Of a stretch of 64,000 bases of DNA, positions 11,597 through 24,180 are shown piece after piece (the stretch's first letter is position 1; each line of letters starts with the position of its first letter). The DNA is from Vitrella brassicaformis CCMP3155. Its lineage: Eukaryota > Protista > Chromerida. Position numbers and translations under genes: made by a program. The notes beneath the pieces were generated by a model that saw nothing but the letters and a program-made list of their open reading frames with translations, was not told the origin of the DNA and ran no database searches. The DNA is taken from positions 186,001 through 250,000 of the forward strand of contig CDMY01000520.1 of the NCBI GenBank assembly GCA_001179505.1, read 5' to 3'.

Positions 11597-14500
11597 TCAC
11601 GTATTGCCGGCGGCCTCCGGCCCGTTTGTTCCCCCGAATTTGGAGAAGACGAGCATGCGGATGTCCTCGATAGTCAGCTTGAACTTGCTCCCGCTCAGAC
11701 CTGATGAGTCCAACACACGCCTGAACACAACACAACACAAAACAACACAGCAGGGCTCCCATGATGGGTGATGGGTGGCTGTGGCGTGTGTGTGGGTGGT
11801 CATATCATCTGTACCTACCGTGCGGCGTTTCGTTTCTGCGCGTGCAGGGTGAGAATGTTCTCCTCGACGGTCTCCTTGGCAACGAGGCGGAAGACGTTCA
11901 CCTGCAGACAGACAGACACGCAGGCAGGCAGGCAGGCAGAGGGAACAATGCACACACGTGTGTGTCTGCTCATTGATGTGTGTGCGTGTGTGCATTCCCT
12001 TCCTCCTATTGACCTCTTGTGTCTGTCCGATGCGGTGTACTCTGCTGATGGCCTGGTTCTCTGTGGCGGGGTTCCACCACAGGTCACACAGGAACACCAC
12101 CTCACCTGACATCACACGCACGCACACATGTGGCCCTTCCCGTCCGTGTGAGTGCGCGTCGGCCGACCGACCGACCAGCGGTCATGTTGAGTCCGGTGCC
12201 GCCCGCCCGCATGCTGACGAGCAGTGTGCGGCCCTGCACATCGCTGCCCTCCTGCTGCTCCTCCTGGAACCACGAAACCTGACGCATTAATGCACACCGA
12301 TCACATGGTGTGTGGAGGGGCAAAATCTGTGTGGGCAGGTGGGGGTCCCTACGCATTTTCGTCGCTGCTCGACAGTGGTTCTGCCGTCGAGCTTTTGTGA
12401 CGGTATGCGGCGCTTCTTGAGGAACCCCTCCAGGATGTCGAGAAACGAGGTGAAACTGACACACATTGAATGGCACCAGGTTAGCAGGTTAGGTTGCGTC
12501 CGTGTCTTCTGTCCGTCCGTCCATCTCACCTCGAGAAGACCACAGAACGCTTCCCCTCCTGCGTATCATCCAAACACACACATGCGCCATGTGTCCTGGT
12601 GCATCAGCTGCCGTCGGCTCGCTGACCTTGGTGGTGTGTGCGAGTCGTTCGAGCAGCGTGGCCACCTTGACTGAGATGAAGTCCCTCAGGGGGCCGTCCT
12701 CCGGCGCCGCACCCTCCTCGCCAGCAACCCTCGCCAACGACGGGTGGCACGTGCACTGCCGCAACTTGGTCAGCAAACCTGTCGATGGGCAGATACACAC
12801 ACACACACACACACACCACATGGAGGAGAGGGGAGCGTTGTGTGTGTGGCTACCTACCGAGGACGCTGGACACGTTGAGTGCGTTGTTTCGCATGAGGTC
12901 TCTGAACTCCTGCTGGGCCCTCGTCTGCATGGCTTCGTAAACCTCTCGCTCCTCGGGCAACATCTCAAGCATCAACGTCTCCTCTACACACACACAAGCC
13001 AACCCCCCCCGTGAATGCATTTCATTGCATTGCAATGCAGCAGGACGGGACAGCTCTCTGCATGGCATGGGTCCTTTCCGCTGGAATCACTCACCGTGCA
13101 GTGGTGGCAGGACGCACAGGGGGTTGCCGTCGGAGTCCTTCGAGCTCTTGTTGCGTCCTAAAGAGATGGATGCACAATCACACACATCACATGGTCTGAC
13201 AGTCTGTGTCTGTGTGTGGAGGGGAGAGGGGGGATGGGACGGTCTTACGCAGCAGGATGCTCTTGGTGAGGAGGCGCAGCGCCTGGATGGCCGACTCCGC
13301 CTGGCCCCGCTGCAAAGGCACCGTGATCAGACGACGCCACCTAGTGGATGGATGACGCACACAGACAGCCACCACACGAGATGGATGGATGGATGGATGG
13401 ATTGCTGTGGCGGTGTGCACACCCCCACAGCCACGTACCATGCATGTGATGCCCAGGGTCTGACGCGCAGGAACTTCATCAACGCATAAACGTCCTCCAA
13501 ACTGTTCTGCACACACACACACACACATACATCCCTCCTCTCTCCCTGCCCTGCCCTGCCTGTGGCGTGTGGCTGACCTGTATGGGTGTGCCTGAAAGGC
13601 ACCATCTCGCCCCGTTGGGTGTGGTCTTGAGGCTGCAGCACGCCTTGCACGTCTTGGTGGTCTTCTCCTTGATCATCTGCGCCTCGTCCAATATGATGCG
13701 ACTCCACCTGCACACACAACACACACACACGTCACCACACATGGGTTGCCAACACACTTGCCATGCATCTCACCCTCCCTCCCTCCCACCCACTTGATGG
13801 CGAAGAGGGGCGACGACACGGGAGCGGATGCGAGGGCCTCGACTGGCCCGTCGGCACCCTTTGGGTTGAAGAAGCTGAGTATGCTGGGCTGGTTGATGAG
13901 GGCCCGCTCCTGCTTGGTGGGCTTCTTGGGCTGCTCCTTGGGCGGCGCGTCGTCGTCGACGTAGTGCCGCGACTCGTTGAACTCGGACAGCACCGTGCCG
14001 TAGGTCGTCCTGTCAGGGCCAGGTAAGACCGACAGACAGACAGACAGAGAGGGGGGAGAGGATGCTTCGTGTGTGTGGGGNNNNNNNNNNNNNNNNNNNN
14101 NNNNNNNNNNNNNNNNNNNNNNNNNNNNNNNNNNNNNNNNNNNNNNNNNNNNNNNNNNNNNNNNNNNNNNNNNNNNNNNNNNNNNNNNNNNNNNNNNNNN
14201 NNNNNNNNNNNNNNNNNNNNNNNNNNNNNNNNNNNNNNNNNNNNNNNNNNNNNNNNNNNNNNNNNNNNNNNNNNNNNNNNNNNNNNNNNNNNNNNNNNNN
14301 NNNNNNNNNNNNNNNNNNNNNNNNNNNNNNNNNNNNNNNNNNNNNNNNNNNNNNNNNNNNNNNNNNNNNNNNNNNNNNNNGGGGGGGGGGGGGGAGGGGG
14401 TGGTTGTCTTACAGGACGATGAGGTGTTTGCTGATGGCCGTAGAGCGAGTGCGATCGTTGCCGTAGTACTCGTAAACTACCTGAATGGGCGCAGGAGAAC

Positions 14501-17344
14501 CAGGGGGCGATACTCAGACAGCCACTGGCCCAGTGGCGCACCTGAGCTCTTTTGGACGGTAGGTACTGCGATGCGGTGCTCACGCACAGATGCTTCTCTA
14601 CCTCGCTACGCCTGATATACAGATTAGATTCACATGCACACACATACAAGGATGCCTGGATGGATGAATGGATGGATGGATGGATGGATGGCTAGATGGA
14701 TGCGATCCGCCTTCCCTTGTGGCTCATATACCATACCACTGTGTGAGTATGGACGTGGGCACGACGATGAGGGTGCCCCCCACGCCCTTCTCGCGGCCAC
14801 CATCGCCGCCACCGTCCATGTCCTCATCGACCTCGGCATTGGCCGCACGATCCAAACCACACGCTACCAACGCCAACAACTGCACTCACACACACACACA
14901 CACACACACACGCATAGAAGTGATCCATACCCTGTCGATCGATCGGCCGGTTCTTTGACACAGACTGTGCGCATGACGCACCTGTACAGTTTTGCCCAGA
15001 CCCATTTCGTCCGACAGGATGCCGCCGATGCACTCCTGGCTGGCGTTCGGGAATCTCAGCTGCAGCTCGCCGCTCGCACGGTTGAAGTAGAAGGACTTGA
15101 GGGTGGAAGAACGGCCGCTTGGCCTGGGAAACTCATACCTACACACAACACAACAGGACACGGATGCTCAGCGGTGTGGGTGGGTGGGTGGGGGTGTGTG
15201 TGCCGGCTCACTCTTCGTATAGCGCGTCCATGTCGGCTTCTGTCTGGCTGTCGTTGTCAGTGTCGTCCTTGAACCCCTCCCGCCTCGCCATCCACCACAG
15301 ACCCTCCTGCTGGTATGGCCTGACACACCGCAACACACGCACACATGGATCAGATCATGGGTGCCGTGTGTTGTCTGCCTGGCACCGCTTCGTTGCTACC
15401 TGAGAGTGCTCCTAAACAGCGGTGTGGGGGGCTCCATGCGTGGCAGCGGCGAGTGTGTGCCCTTGCCGTCCGCCCCCGCCCCCTCATGCTCACAGAAGAT
15501 GGCGTCGTTCTTCTGCCGCGCCTCCTCCGTCTCCTCCAGACTGTCCTCATCCTCATCGTTGGGCTCCTTCGCGCCGTCATCCTCACCGCTCTCGCCACCA
15601 TCCTCGCCCGCATTCTCACCCCCCTCCGCCCCTTGGCCCTCCTTGTCCACGTCTATCATGTCGATCTCCATGGCCTGTGGTCCGCCGCCGTTGTCCTTCT
15701 TGCTCTTGTCCTTGTCCTTGTTGTTGTTGTTGTTGTTGTTGTTTTTGGCGGTGGTGGTGTTGTTAGTGGTGGTGTTGGGTTCGGTGTCCTTGGGTGAGGC
15801 GGGGCCCGACTCCTCCATGCCCAGGCCCTCGGTGGCCGCGAAACACACAGATGCTCTGAACACGGGCAGGCAGGCACATCACGTATGCATGGCATCTGTT
15901 GGGTGACGTCAGTCAGGTTGTGTGTGGCGTGTTGGTCTACATACCCACCTGAGGCAATTGAGGCCGACCTGCTGGAACAACCAAACCTGGCAGGGCAGAC
16001 ACACAGACAGGCACATCACATACATACATGACATGCGGCCCGGCCAACACTGAGTGATTGCTGGACGCACTGACTGCACTGCATCCACTTACCCAGCAGT
16101 CCCTCATGTAGATCGACAACACGCTATCCAACGCATCACCTCCACCACCACCACCACCACCGCCGCTGCGCGGGGTATCAACACCATCGCTGCAGGCAGC
16201 ATCAATGGACGCGCACAGCACATGGGATGGATATACACATGCCATGCCACAGGACAGGCAGCACACGCACACACCGCATGTGTGTTGTGCGCACCGAACC
16301 CGAGTTCAGCAGACTGGAAGAAGGCGGCGCTCTCTATGAAGAAGTTGATCTTGATGGGGATGTTGCTGCCCAGCTGCAGACCTGAGGTGTACGATGCCAC
16401 ACGAGCCTCCACCTGGCAGACAACAACACGAAAGAAGAAAGGGCAGTGCGCGGTGGGATTGACAACCTGCCGACCCACCGGTGCGGCCGACCGATTGTGT
16501 GCACCCTCTCACCCACCTTCAACAGGTTCTTCGATAGCAGGGGTGCGACCCTCGTGGCTACGTCATTCGGCACGCGGCCGAGAGCACGACCTGATAATGA
16601 TAAGCAAGGCACAGAAAAAAGAACCATCGATCGAAAGCCACCCATGGATGCCATGAGGTGACATCTCCTGCCTCCCTGCCTCCTGCTTTCGCTCACCCTC
16701 AGCCTCGATTCTGACGATAGCCTTCTTGCACGCCTCGACGAACTCCTTCTCCCTGTCCGCTACGCCCCCGTCCTCCTTCTCCTTGTTGTCATTATTGTTT
16801 TCCTCCCTCCCATTGCCCCCACCAGCAGCAGCAGCAGCAGCAGCAGCCGCTGCAGCGCTGCTCGCCGGCACCGACTTGGCCTTCCCTTTGGCCTTGGCCT
16901 TGGCTGCCGGCGCCTTGGTGGTCTGCTTCTTCTTGGGTGCCGACTCACGGAGGTTGATGGCGAGGTTGATCAGCGTCCCCTCGCGAAGGGTGACGGGGAA
17001 GCTGCCGGTGGCGAAACCGTCCTGCATGGTCGAGCATCCACACAAACACACGCAGACAGAAGCAATCAGCTACATATACGACGTGTGTTGCATGGCTGGC
17101 GGCGTGTTGTGCGGACCACTGGGAGCTGTCCGAGGAATGCAGACCACGGCTCTTGGGCTTCTGGATCTGCATCTCTCGGGTCCGGACTGGCCTTGCGCGC
17201 CCTCTTGGCCTGCCCACCTCCACCACCACCAGCCGCAGCCGCAGCTGCAGCAGCGGGAGCGCTGCGCTTCCCTGCTCCTCTGTCGTTGGGCCGGTCGTCG
17301 TCACTCGAATCGTCGATGGTGATGCACTCACCATTGGCATTCAT
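11597..17344 (-). CDS. RAD5: Rad5/HLTF-type HIRAN + SNF2 helicase, apparently without a RING finger; interrupted by an assembly gap
   Basis: HIRAN-like AFLGQLP-DGFATGS, AIVRI, GRVPNDVATRVAPLL, LGSNIPIKINFFI. ATPase motifs PYQQEGLWWM, GGILSDEMGLGKTVQ, IILDEAQMIK, WCLSGTPIQN, LRQCTCHP, LVSMRAGGTGLN, DLWWNPATENQAISRVHRIGQ. Confidence 0.88.
14081..14380. other. Assembly gap (300 N) inside the RAD5 gene, followed by poly-G
   Basis: Run of N from 14081 to 14380, then 14 G; exon(s) of the helicase may be missing. Confidence 0.99.
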
Positions 17345-17553
17345 TGCGGCATCAACAACTCTTCAAGTTCCCCTCAAAACCTGAAACCGCCGTTGCCGGC
17401 CGTTGAGGGCAAGTGCCTAGAGTTGGCCCGCGTGTCATCGGTGTGAAGGAGGGCTCCGAGGCGCTGTCCAGGCACCAGCACTGCCCCCGGGCCACCAGGC
17501 TGGCCTTCCACCGCTGCCCGTCTGGCATCTGCTGAGTTGCCACGAGCCCCACG

Positions 17554-17896
17554 ATGGAGATCCGTGTTGGCGACAAGTGGAGAGTGGGCCGGCGAGTCGG
17601 CGCCGGCAGCTTCGGGGAGATTTATCAAGGCGTCAACCTCCTCACAGGTGCGCAATGCCATGCCTTTTCCCTCAACTACTGATGTATTCTGTGTGTGGCA
17701 TCATGCAGGGGAGCAGGTGGCCATTAAGCTGGAGCCCGTCAAGACCAAACACCCCCAGCTATTGTATGTATGTTTGGATGCACGCTGGTGTCTGTCATGG
17801 AGTGTGGTCATGCAGGTATGAGTCGAAGCTCTACAAGGTCATGGCGGGGGAGAGAGACGGAAGTCCAGCACACAAGCCCTGCGGTCAGCACACACA

Positions 17897-17939
<43 letters not shown>

Positions 17940-19382
17940 GCATGCAGCGGCCATCTATGTGCTTTTCTGGGATTCTTGGGTACCCAATCTATCAGGCGTC
18001 CCCCTGGCGTACGCCAAGCACGTGCCTCGTGTGCACTACTACGGCACGGAGGGTGAGTACAACGTGATGATCATCGACCTGCTCGGGCCCAGCCTGGAGG
18101 ACATAATGAATGCATGCCAGAGGAAATTCTCACTCAAGGCCGCCCTCATCGCTGCTGATCAAATGGTGGGTGGGCTGAGTGGCTGTCTGGCAGACAGACT
18201 GGCAGGGCTCATAGATCTGATCTGCACATCCATGGTTGGCGTCGTGTGGTTTGTGTGTCCTTCCGTCTTTCACGTCGGTCGGTCGTACCGATGAATCAAT
18301 CGATCAGATCAGTGCGGTGGAGTACGTCCACGCGCACAGCTTCATCCACAGAGACATCAAGCCCGACAATTTCCTTCTGGGCACGGGGGAACGGACAGGC
18401 AACATCACCATCATCGACTTCGGTAAGTCACATTTGAGGAATTAGCGAATACTGACAAGGGCAGAGTGGGAGGGAGGGAGGGAGGGAGGGAGGGAGGGAG
18501 CATGTGTGTCTCGTGTTGCCGCGTCACCAGGGCTGGCCAAGCGCTATCGTGAGAGTGCCACTGGGCAGCACGTCCCATACAGGGAAGGGTAGGTGAGTGA
18601 GGGACGTAGTGTGTCCTCATCCCACCCCCACACGCACAATGACACAAACCCCACCACCATATGCACCATATGCTGCTGTCGTGTTGGCGCGTGGCGTGTG
18701 TGCATTGAATTTCAGGAAGAATCTGACGGGCACAGCCCGCTATTGCTCTATCAACACCCACCTGGGCATCGTGCAGTCCCGCCGTGACGACGTCGAGGCC
18801 GTCGGCTATGTGTGCGTCTACCTGCTCAAGGGGACACTCCCATGGCAGGGCATGAGGGCCAAAACGAAGAAGGACAAATACGAAAAGATCGGCGAGAAGG
18901 TGTTCGATCTGTAGGGCGGCGTGCATGCCTGTCTGTCTGTCTGTCTATCTGTCTGTCGTTGTGTCTCACTCAGAAAATGGGAACACCAGTAGACGTCTTG
19001 TGCAGAGGACTGCCAAGTGGGAGTGACACCAACAAATGGGGAGGAGAGACTTTTATGTGTATGTGTGTTGTGTGGTGCAGGCGAGTTTGCCACCTACTTG
19101 TCCTACTGCCGACGGATGCAATTCGACGAAAGACCAGGCACAGACAAACAGCAGAGTGATGCACAGAGCATCATGATGGAGGAGGGGCAGTATATATCTA
19201 TCTCTCCATCCATGTGTGCAGACTACAATTATCTGAGGCGGCTGTTCAAGGAGGTCGCCATAAGGGAGAACGCCGCCAGTGGCGCTCTCGGAGATGAGGC
19301 GGCCTTGGCCGAGGAGGTGAAGAGTCTCTTCAAAGACACACACAGACAGCCAGCTGCAGCAGGGCACAGAGACACCATCTGA
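17554..19382 (+). CDS. CK1: Casein kinase 1
   Basis: [102 protein letters not shown]. Confidence 0.96.
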
Positions 19383-20085
19383 ACGAGCGAAGGAGGGAGC
19401 CATTTGACGGGATCCATTCACGCATTTGCATGGGGATGGGTGCTAGTGTTGGTGCCGGTACTACTCTGTGCGTGTGTGTGTGTGTGTGTGTGTAATGGTC
19501 ATGGATGGCCGGGTGTATCCTTCTGCAGAGCGGTGTATGTTTACGACGATGATCGAGCCTATTTGTGCATCCCCTTCCATCCGACCACACGGGCGAAGCT
19601 AGGTGAACTTTGCAGTGGCTGTGGCGGTGTCATTGCAAGATGGCTGTCCTTGTCCATTCCAAATAGGCAGGCACACACCTGCGTACAGGCAGGCAGACAG
19701 ACAGACAGACAGACACTCAGTCAGCCAGTGGACGCCACAGCCAGCACACCGACACACCGAAACAAAGTCTCTCCGCCGACCTTTCATCAATGTCTGTGTG
19801 TCGGTAAGGAATCATCACACTGGTATGTCCATTCACTCCACCCACCCCCCTGTGCGCATCTCTGTCGCCGCCCGGAAACCAAAGCACCAACACTTTTCAT
19901 GGGCTGATGCTCTGCCGTTCCAGGACAGCTTCATAGATGCGATGCCACAATGGGGAGGGGGAGGACACACTCTTACTGAGGTAAAACCAAGAGACTCTAC
20001 TCTCGAGGGAAGTGGAGAGAAGAAAAAGGCCATGCAATGCAATGCAGGCAGCCAGGAATCCATGCCGTGCCATGAATATACGCTG

Positions 20086-21023
20086 TCACGACACCGCTTC
20101 CTCTTCCTCATTTGCTTCCCCCGCCACAACATCTGTGTCGCCTCGCTGTCCTCCCTCGTCGCCCTCCTCGCCCCTCTGCTCATCGCCACCCTCCTCTCTC
20201 TCCTCCTTCTCTGGCTCTTGCTCTTCCTGCGCCTGTTGTGGGCAGCAACTCGGCTCCCCGGCTCCCGCCTGCTGCTCCTGTTCGTTCATGCCGTTAATCA
20301 GCGCCTTGGCCACGGCATGCGACTCCTGCATGTCACGCAGGTGGTTGAGCGGCGCTGCCAGGTCGGGGCTGCGCACCTCCACCTTGGCTATGGCACGCTG
20401 AGGAACGCTGATGATCCCGCCCAACCGACGCACCATCGGACGATACCGATCCGACGGGGCGGAGCCAGACTGATCACCGCTGCAAGTGGAGGAGGGATCC
20501 TCACCTGCAGTGCACACAGGCACGGCACACAACAGACCGACCCACAGGCAGGGCAGACATCTCTCATGCGCGTGTGCGTCCCTCCCTCCCTCCCTTTGCG
20601 TGTGTCGTGTCGGCCGCTTTCGTGTGCTGTGCTGCACGTACCGACATCGAGCATGACGGTCTCCTCGGTGTTGGAGAGGACGATGTTGCCGCTGTTGTCG
20701 TAGGCCATCAGCTCGCCAATCAGCTCACGGTCATCCGTCAGGCGAATGCGGACCAGACAGTCGAGCAGCGTCCGCAGCAGCTCGGCACACGACAGCTGAG
20801 CCTCGAGCTCCCCGAACTCATCATCCTCGTCGACAGGGGGATGGCCGCCGGCCAGCTGCTGCTCGGCGGCATCGCAGTCGCGTTGAGGTTGTCGTTTTGG
20901 CCTCCAGCTGCTGCCGTCATCTCCTCTTTCTGCTGCAGCATCGGTGAGTGCGCGGCTCTGGGCGACGATTTCTTGCACGAAGGCGTCTATCTCCTCCTCT
21001 GTGGGATCTCGTTTGGCCTCCAT
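20086..21023 (-). CDS. NAA38: LSm-domain protein, NAA38/Mak31-like (NatC auxiliary subunit), with acidic extensions
   Basis: LLRTLLDCLVRIRLTDDRELIGELMAYDNSGNIVLSNTEE (Sm1) and RRLGGIISVPQRAIAKVEV (Sm2) across 2 exons. LSm subfamily assignment is less certain than the fold. Confidence 0.65.
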
Positions 21024-21105
21024 CCTATCGTCGCGGGGTTACGGCGATAGGGTTACGGGTTTCCTACCCTTGAACCCCCGAGCTCAAGGAAGCAGAAGCA
21101 ATGCA
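21024..21105. promoter_or_regulatory. Putative bidirectional promoter (NAA38-like / MED18)
   Basis: Only 82 nt between divergent start codons; contains GGGGTTACGGCGATAGGGTTACGGGTT. Confidence 0.55.
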
Positions 21106-22428
21106 ATGCAGCAGCTATCAGAAGGGCGTCAGCAGCGGTACCTCGAGTGCCGGCTGAGAGGGCTGCTGCGGGAGCCATCGAGCCCCAGCGATGCCGAGAT
21201 CCCGGGGTCATCTCCGCGCATCAGCAAGCAGGAGGCGCTGGACCTGCTGCTCATGAGCCTCTGCGACACATCCAGCTCTTATGTGTGTGAAGAACAACAC
21301 CTCATACTAAAGCAGACTTCAGGTGAGTGAGATCTGGGAGGGAGGTTCCGACAGACGCTGATGCATGAATATGCGTGGCGTGCAATGCAATGCAATGCAA
21401 AGCAATGTGGTTGGTTGGTTGGTTGGTTGGTTGCTTGTGCGATTGTGTTCTGCAGACAAGTATTTCACTGCTGGTGCCCGCGCACAGGATGTTGAGCTCA
21501 CCTACAGGAAGTATAGAGACCCATCCGCCGCCGCAGCCGCCGCCGCCGCAGCCGCCGCAGCCGCCGACACCGATCCAGCGCATCATGCGCACGGGTCAGA
21601 CAGATAGCATACATTCACACAGCACATCACCTGCTGGCCGCTGCTTCTCTCCTCTGACAGTGTGTTGCGGTATCACGGCAGCCGTGCGATAGCGACCTCT
21701 GCAGGCACCGAGTCCATCCCCGCCAGCGTGACGACAGTGATGGAGTCACAGGTGTCGCCGGAAGTGCTCTCCTTCCTCAAAGACCAGGGCTTCAAGTCAG
21801 CTTGCCATACCAACACACACACACACGTGCATGAAGCAACCCTGTGCTGTTTGCTTCCTGGCTGGCCTGCATCCATGTGTGTATGGGTGTGGTGTATGGG
21901 TGCAGGCGGACTCATCGGTATTGGCGTCGGTGTCGAGTGCACTTCCGCCATAGGGTGGATGGCGGCCGAGGCACTTACCCAATCATGGTCACGTGCACAT
22001 ACTTATACCAGGTAAACAAACAGGCCATGGGCAGGGAGGGAGGGCTACAACAGCCGTCTGGCTCCTTCCAGAGCTCCCCTCTCTCTGTGTGTGTTGAGTC
22101 ACTGTCGCAGGATGCTACCCTGACGAAGCCGTTGTTAGAGGGAACCATGCTTGTCGACTGCATAGGTACGGGCGGGAGGGGGTGCTTGTGGTTGACAGTT
22201 GTGTGAACCGTTGACCGATCGTCGTTGGTGTGAGTCAGGTCGATGTGATGATGTCCGTGAGGTCGGCAATGTGGCGAAAAGCGTTGAGGCGTTCGCAGAG
22301 TCGTTCAAACCGTAAGCAGCACAGATGTGGGAGGGAGAGAAATGCACGCCTCACGGATGGGTGCTGTCCTGTCCGAGTGTGTGTGCAGGGTGCTGCTCTT
22401 CCACAAGATTGAGGGCGTCAGTGTGTAG
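21106..22428 (+). CDS. MED18: Mediator subunit 18-like
   Basis: Spliced chain: YLECRLRGLL..., VLRYHGSRA, VTTVMESQVSPEVLSFLKDQGFK, THRYWRR, MLVDCI, VAKSVEAFAESFKP|VLLFHKI. This follows the Med18 layout (ECxxxG start, LRYxG, ESxVS..F..LGFK..H, terminal FAExLxPxVxLxK) recalled from plant and animal Med18. Confidence 0.7.
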
Positions 22429-24180
22429 GTGGTGTACACGTGTGTGTTGCTGCGTGTGGATGGCATTTGGACGCTTCCTTGCTGTGCTGCCTAGCTGCCT
22501 AGAATGTCAATCGTGCATGTATTTTAAATGACGACCTCGGTTAACATACACACACAGAGAGGTAGGTAGACACACGGAGAAAGTCTACGGCAGCCGACCG
22601 ACCATAGCTATGAAGGAACCAATTGCCTCACAATTGTCCGCGTCTGGCACACAGACACACACAGACGAGTACAGACACACATAGACAGCTAGATGGACAC
22701 CCAGACAAGACAGACAGTAGACACACACACACACACACACGCACACACACATCTAGTCAGAGGTTCCACTTCGACGCGCGCAGCGCACTGCTCGGCACTG
22801 CACGTATGCATCCATGCATCCGCCCATGCCCGCACGCAGCCCATCGATCCAAACACAGACAGAAAGACAGACAGACAGACCCAGACCCCTTGCAATGCAG
22901 CCCGCCGTGCGCTCTGCCTCGCCGGCTGGTCGGTCGGTCGGTCGGTTGATTGGCAACAAATACTCCACACACGCGGACCCTTCCATGCATCCATGAGCGA
23001 CCAAGAAGGCAAAACACGATATCTAAAATCGACCCGATCATGCCGCAGAGGGAGGCATCATCATACACACACGGGCAGGCAGGCAGGCAGGCAGGCCCAA
23101 AACGAAACGAAACAGGCATCTATCTATTGTCTCAAGACAGATGGATGGATGGATCTCTCCCGTCTGTCTCGTCAGACTAAGCAGGGGAAGGAGTCCTGGG
23201 CTTTGTCTTGTCAGTCAGTCAGCACTTGGAGCACTCCATAGGTTGGTACGTATGTGTATGTATGGAGTTAGAGAGAGAGATGGATGGACTAATGCGATGG
23301 TATCGTGTGTGTAAGTAACTAGCCACCCCACCGTCCTTGCCGTCCGTCCAACCACTCACTGCATGACTGACTGACTGCATTTGGCAAGGCGAGCAAAGCG
23401 AATGCAGCGCAGCCAGACACGCGCCCATATGTCATGTGTGTGACTGCGCGCGGGCATCCGCGCCAAAAGCCTCCTCCCTCCTTCCCTGCCTTCCCCTCCC
23501 CCGCCCTCCTCCTTAGTCAGCCACATCGAAAAAGTGAATGCGCACTGGACAGGCAGAGAGAAAATGGAGATAATAGATAGAGAGACGGTCGGCCTCGGTC
23601 GCTCACTAATTGGCTCACGCAGTCCAATCGGATACGACACACACGTACATACAGTGCAATGCAGCATCGCATTCATTGTATCCTGCCTTTCGATCAGGCG
23701 TTCGGTATGCGTCAGGCGTTCGAGTGTGTGTGCACCATTGCAATGCAGCCCATCGGCTCATCCTCTGCCATGGTATATGTATGCCCTGCCCACTCCCCTC
23801 CCGCCGCGCCACAAATACCGTGCTAGCTGTTTGTTTCCAAGCAGCTTCGCTTCTCTGTCTAGGCCTGCCTGCTCAAGGAGAGGAGAAAAGCATCCCTCGA
23901 CGATTCATTCATGCGCCCCCCGATTAGGCTAATGGCATGTTAGTAGGTTAGTAGTAGTGTCACCCACCCCTGTCGCCCACCAAAAATAGCTGTCTATCCA
24001 TCCATCCATCCATGCTGCTACTCGGCAGGCACACACGGCCGCCATTACAGTCATCTGTCGGTCGGTCATCAGTCAGTCGGTGTAGGGCTCCTCCTGGATG
24101 TGCATCAGATCTGCACACACACACACAGACATTCAACCCATGACATCCATCCCTTTACCCCCCTGCCACCCACGATCCCA

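Noticed and set aside
14062-14466. ORFs spanning the N run
   Set aside because: Artefacts of translating the assembly gap.
22430-24180. Long non-coding interval checked for tRNA, snRNA, rRNA or a transposon
   Set aside because: No cloverleaf, snRNA signature, terminal inverted repeat or transposase/RT motif seen; best explained as convergent 3' UTRs with microsatellites.
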